From contig NC_045696.1 of the NCBI RefSeq assembly GCF_009834535.1, positions 97,218,001-97,282,000 of the forward strand: a stretch of 64,000 nt of DNA, in the 5' to 3' direction. The notes beneath the pieces were generated by a model. The model was given only the letters and a program-made list of their open reading frames with translations, searched no databases and was not told the DNA's origin. The translations under genes were made by a program, and so were the position numbers. Positions 61,386 to 64,000 of this stretch are shown one piece after another. The stretch's first letter is position 1; the number at the start of each line of letters is the position of its first letter. Source of the stretch: Camelus ferus (Eukaryota).

Positions 61386-62469
61386 AGTAGAATATTTTCA
61401 TTTTCCAGTTTTCCCCTGGAGTTTATTTTAAATATACTGTATTATTAATATTGAGATTTGGATAATACTAAGTCTCTTTAGAGTGATACATTTTTCTCTG
61501 AAGATACGACTTTAAAATTTGGCTATATGCATGATTTTATTACATCCTGGGGACAAATTTTTCTAATCAAAAGCCACTTCTGGTTTTATAATGCAAATCT
61601 ATGTGAAAGGAGTCACCAAGCAGGTTTTACAGTTAATGTCACTGGCATTTCTCAATTTCATTACATCAGGGATGCATGTTTTTGAAAAATCATCTCTGAA
61701 TCACCAGAGTTCAGAATTTCATCACTTTTCACAGTTCACCCTTGCTCAGCCTGAAGATGAGAAATGAAGGATGAAAACAGCTCCCTCATTCATGCTTTTT
61801 CTGTTGTAATGAAGTTACAACTCACTGACTTTTAAAATAGAATGTTTCAAAACCAAATATTTTATTTGGATGTATCTGGAGAGCTAAAATATTTCTATTG
61901 AAACTCTCTGTGAGAAAACATTCTAGATATGAAACATCTGGTTTTGGTCATTTCAGTTAAAGACTAATATTTGCACAGGTCAGGGGGGTCCATGGTGATA
62001 CTGTGTTGTTCTAAGTACAGTATTTCCATGATGTAGTATTCCTGAAGGAGTGGGTAGCAGTATTCACCCCATTAACATGGTTCAAACGTTCCCAACGCAT
62101 TTGGAAATATATGTATCTGAAAATATTCAAAACTAGCCTTCTCACTTCCTCCTTCTTTCTTCTTGAGAACAGACAGTGGGGAGGGTTGGGGGGGTTGGAC
62201 ACAGCCATGGAAACACACTGGGGGCTCAATATCGGGGGCAAAGTGCCTGGGAAGAGTCAAGGAAGACCCGAGTATTGGCCTTTTTAATTGTCAGGAGGAG
62301 CCATTTCCGCCAGTGGCCCTTTCTCATGATCCCCTGGCCCAGAGTGAAGATGACCAAAGGATCTGCCACTGACTTTGATGTGGGGGTGGGGGCTGTCCAG
62401 TCTGAAGGTTATATCCTCTAGTCTAACTTGCCTTGCGTGAGTACTGAAGCTCAAGAACTCATGATCAAA

Positions 62470-62640
62470 GCTTTGGGCTTTCAACCTGGGCTACACAATT
62501 AGAATCACCTGGGAAGCTTTCAAAGTTATTGATACTCGAGTCTCACCCCCAGACATTCTGATTCAATGGTTCTGATAAATGACCTTGGCACTGAGACGTT
62601 TTAAAGCACCCTGGTGACCAGTGTGCAGTGAGGGGGATCT
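62470..62640. mobile_element. MER5A/B-like
   Basis: 'ttagaatcacctgggaagcttt...caccccagacattctgattcaatggttctg'. Confidence 0.8.
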
Positions 62641-62826
62641 CTGTGCCACAACCCTTAGGACTCACTCCTCTGTCTCTCCCACAAGACATCCCCTTCTGCC
62701 CAATTCCAGCTCCTCTGATCACTCAATTCCTTCTCTCCCTCCCCTATAGTTGCCACCTCAGCAACCTTCCAAGGCTGAGTCCTTCTGCCTGCAGTGAACA
62801 AGCCTCAGACTCTTGGGTTTTAGATA

Positions 62827-63190
62827 TTGTTATGGGCTGCGTCGTGTCCCTCCAAAATTCATATGTTGAAGTACCACAGAATGTGACTGTATTTGGAGAC
62901 ATGGCCTTTAAAGAGGCAATCATGTGGGTGAACCTTCAACCAATATGGGAGTATTCAAGGAGAAGGTTAGGATTCAGGTGTAGAGGGAAAACCACGTGAC
63001 GGCAGAGGGAGCCAGATGCCATCTAGCAGCCAAGGAGAGAGCCCTCAGAAGAAATCAATGCTGCTGACACCTTGATCTCTGGCTTCTCGCCTCCAGAACT
63101 GTGAGGAAGCAAATTTCTGTTGTTTAAGCCCCACTTCCTCGCCCCAGCCTGCGGTACGTCTTATGGCGGCAGCAAGAGCTGATGCAGACG
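62827..63190 (+). mobile_element. MaLR LTR (MLT1B-like)
   Basis: 'tgttatgggctg...aaaattcatatgttgaagt...cagaatgtgactgtatttggagacatggcc...cctccagaactgtgaggaagcaaatttctgttgtttaagcc'. Confidence 0.92.
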
Positions 63191-64000
63191 GATCTCCCAG
63201 GGCACAGGGTACCTGGTGAGTCGTGGTCCTTCTCTCCCCAGAGGTTGGTTGTGCTGGGTGCATGGATTAGTCCCTAATATCTGAGACGCTTTTTGCACAG
63301 AGAGGAACACCTACAATGATTGGAACTTTGCTTAATGCTCAATAGATTGAGCATTTAAACAATGATATTAAATTTGATTAAATTACTGTAATTTAAATTG
63401 AAATTGCAGATTCAATATGATCGATTCTTTTTAACACTTCAACACCTGAAATAGCAGGCAAAACACACACATGTGATAACAAAACTTACTACAATATTTA
63501 AATTATTCTAAATATCAAATACCATATGTTGAATTTATTTCTTCATTAAGGTTGCTTTATATCTCCCTAGGATTATGGATGAATTTATTTGGACATTTTC
63601 CTAATGTTTCAGTTTGATACTAGGTTACAATTATCACCACATCCCAAAATTCACTGAGGTTCTGTATTTTTTAACCATTTTTTGGCTGGGGCACAAAATT
63701 GTTTTCTCCCCCCAAGTGATTCAAATCCAAGCCTCTTTTTTCTTATTGTAAAACTTAGTTTTCTTAGTCTTTTTAAGTCTACTCCTTTCTCTAGATTTAA
63801 TTTTGTCACCAGAATTTGGTGTTTGTCTCTGCAAATACTGTATTTTAAGACTCCTCTGGCCAAGATTATATAATGCTTTGCCCTGTGTTGGGATAGGCTG
63901 ATTAGGTCTATTAGGTTTATAAATGACATATGTGCCTTTATTGTTGTTTTATCACCATTAGTGGAACCGCTGGGATTTCTTTCCCTGGAAGTTGAGACTG

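Noticed and set aside
1..64000. Supplied ORF track as protein-coding genes
   Set aside because: ORFs are short, often begin at GTG/TTG, overlap in all frames, and none gives a recognisable protein except L1 ORF2 fragments; no chain of spliced exons could be built.
1..64000. CRISPR array, operon or other prokaryote-type system
   Set aside because: The sequence is clearly mammalian (MIR, L1, L2, MaLR) and no repeat-spacer array was seen.

Overview
Eutherian mammalian genomic DNA, most likely camelid (alpaca/llama/camel). The inference rests on a tRNA-derived SINE at ~49.1-49.3 kb with the camelid-type tail AAATAAATAAACCTAATTACCTCCCC, cetartiodactyl-type L1 3' ends, and no Alu, B1, Bov-tA or Can-SINE seen. 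The window is intergenic or intronic and dense in interspersed repeats: MIR, L2, old and younger L1, MaLR/ERVL/ERV1 solo LTRs, and hAT and Tigger DNA transposons, often nested and often with readable target-site duplications. I recognise no protein-coding gene; the supplied ORFs are short, many start at GTG/TTG, and look like chance frames or repeat fragments. The best-supported unusual element is a U6 snRNA/L1 chimeric retrocopy with a 5'-truncated U6 and a 15-bp TSD (1213-1590). Other candidates: a minus-strand 3'-terminal exon and poly(A)-site series of an unidentified gene (55-62 kb), a near-perfect 54-nt hairpin (41394-41447), a homeodomain-site cluster resembling a developmental enhancer (36.3-36.8 kb), and some odd L1 architectures. 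I found no convincing evidence of a new multi-component biological system. Repeat subfamily names come from recalled consensus motifs, not a search, and boundaries without TSDs are approximate.
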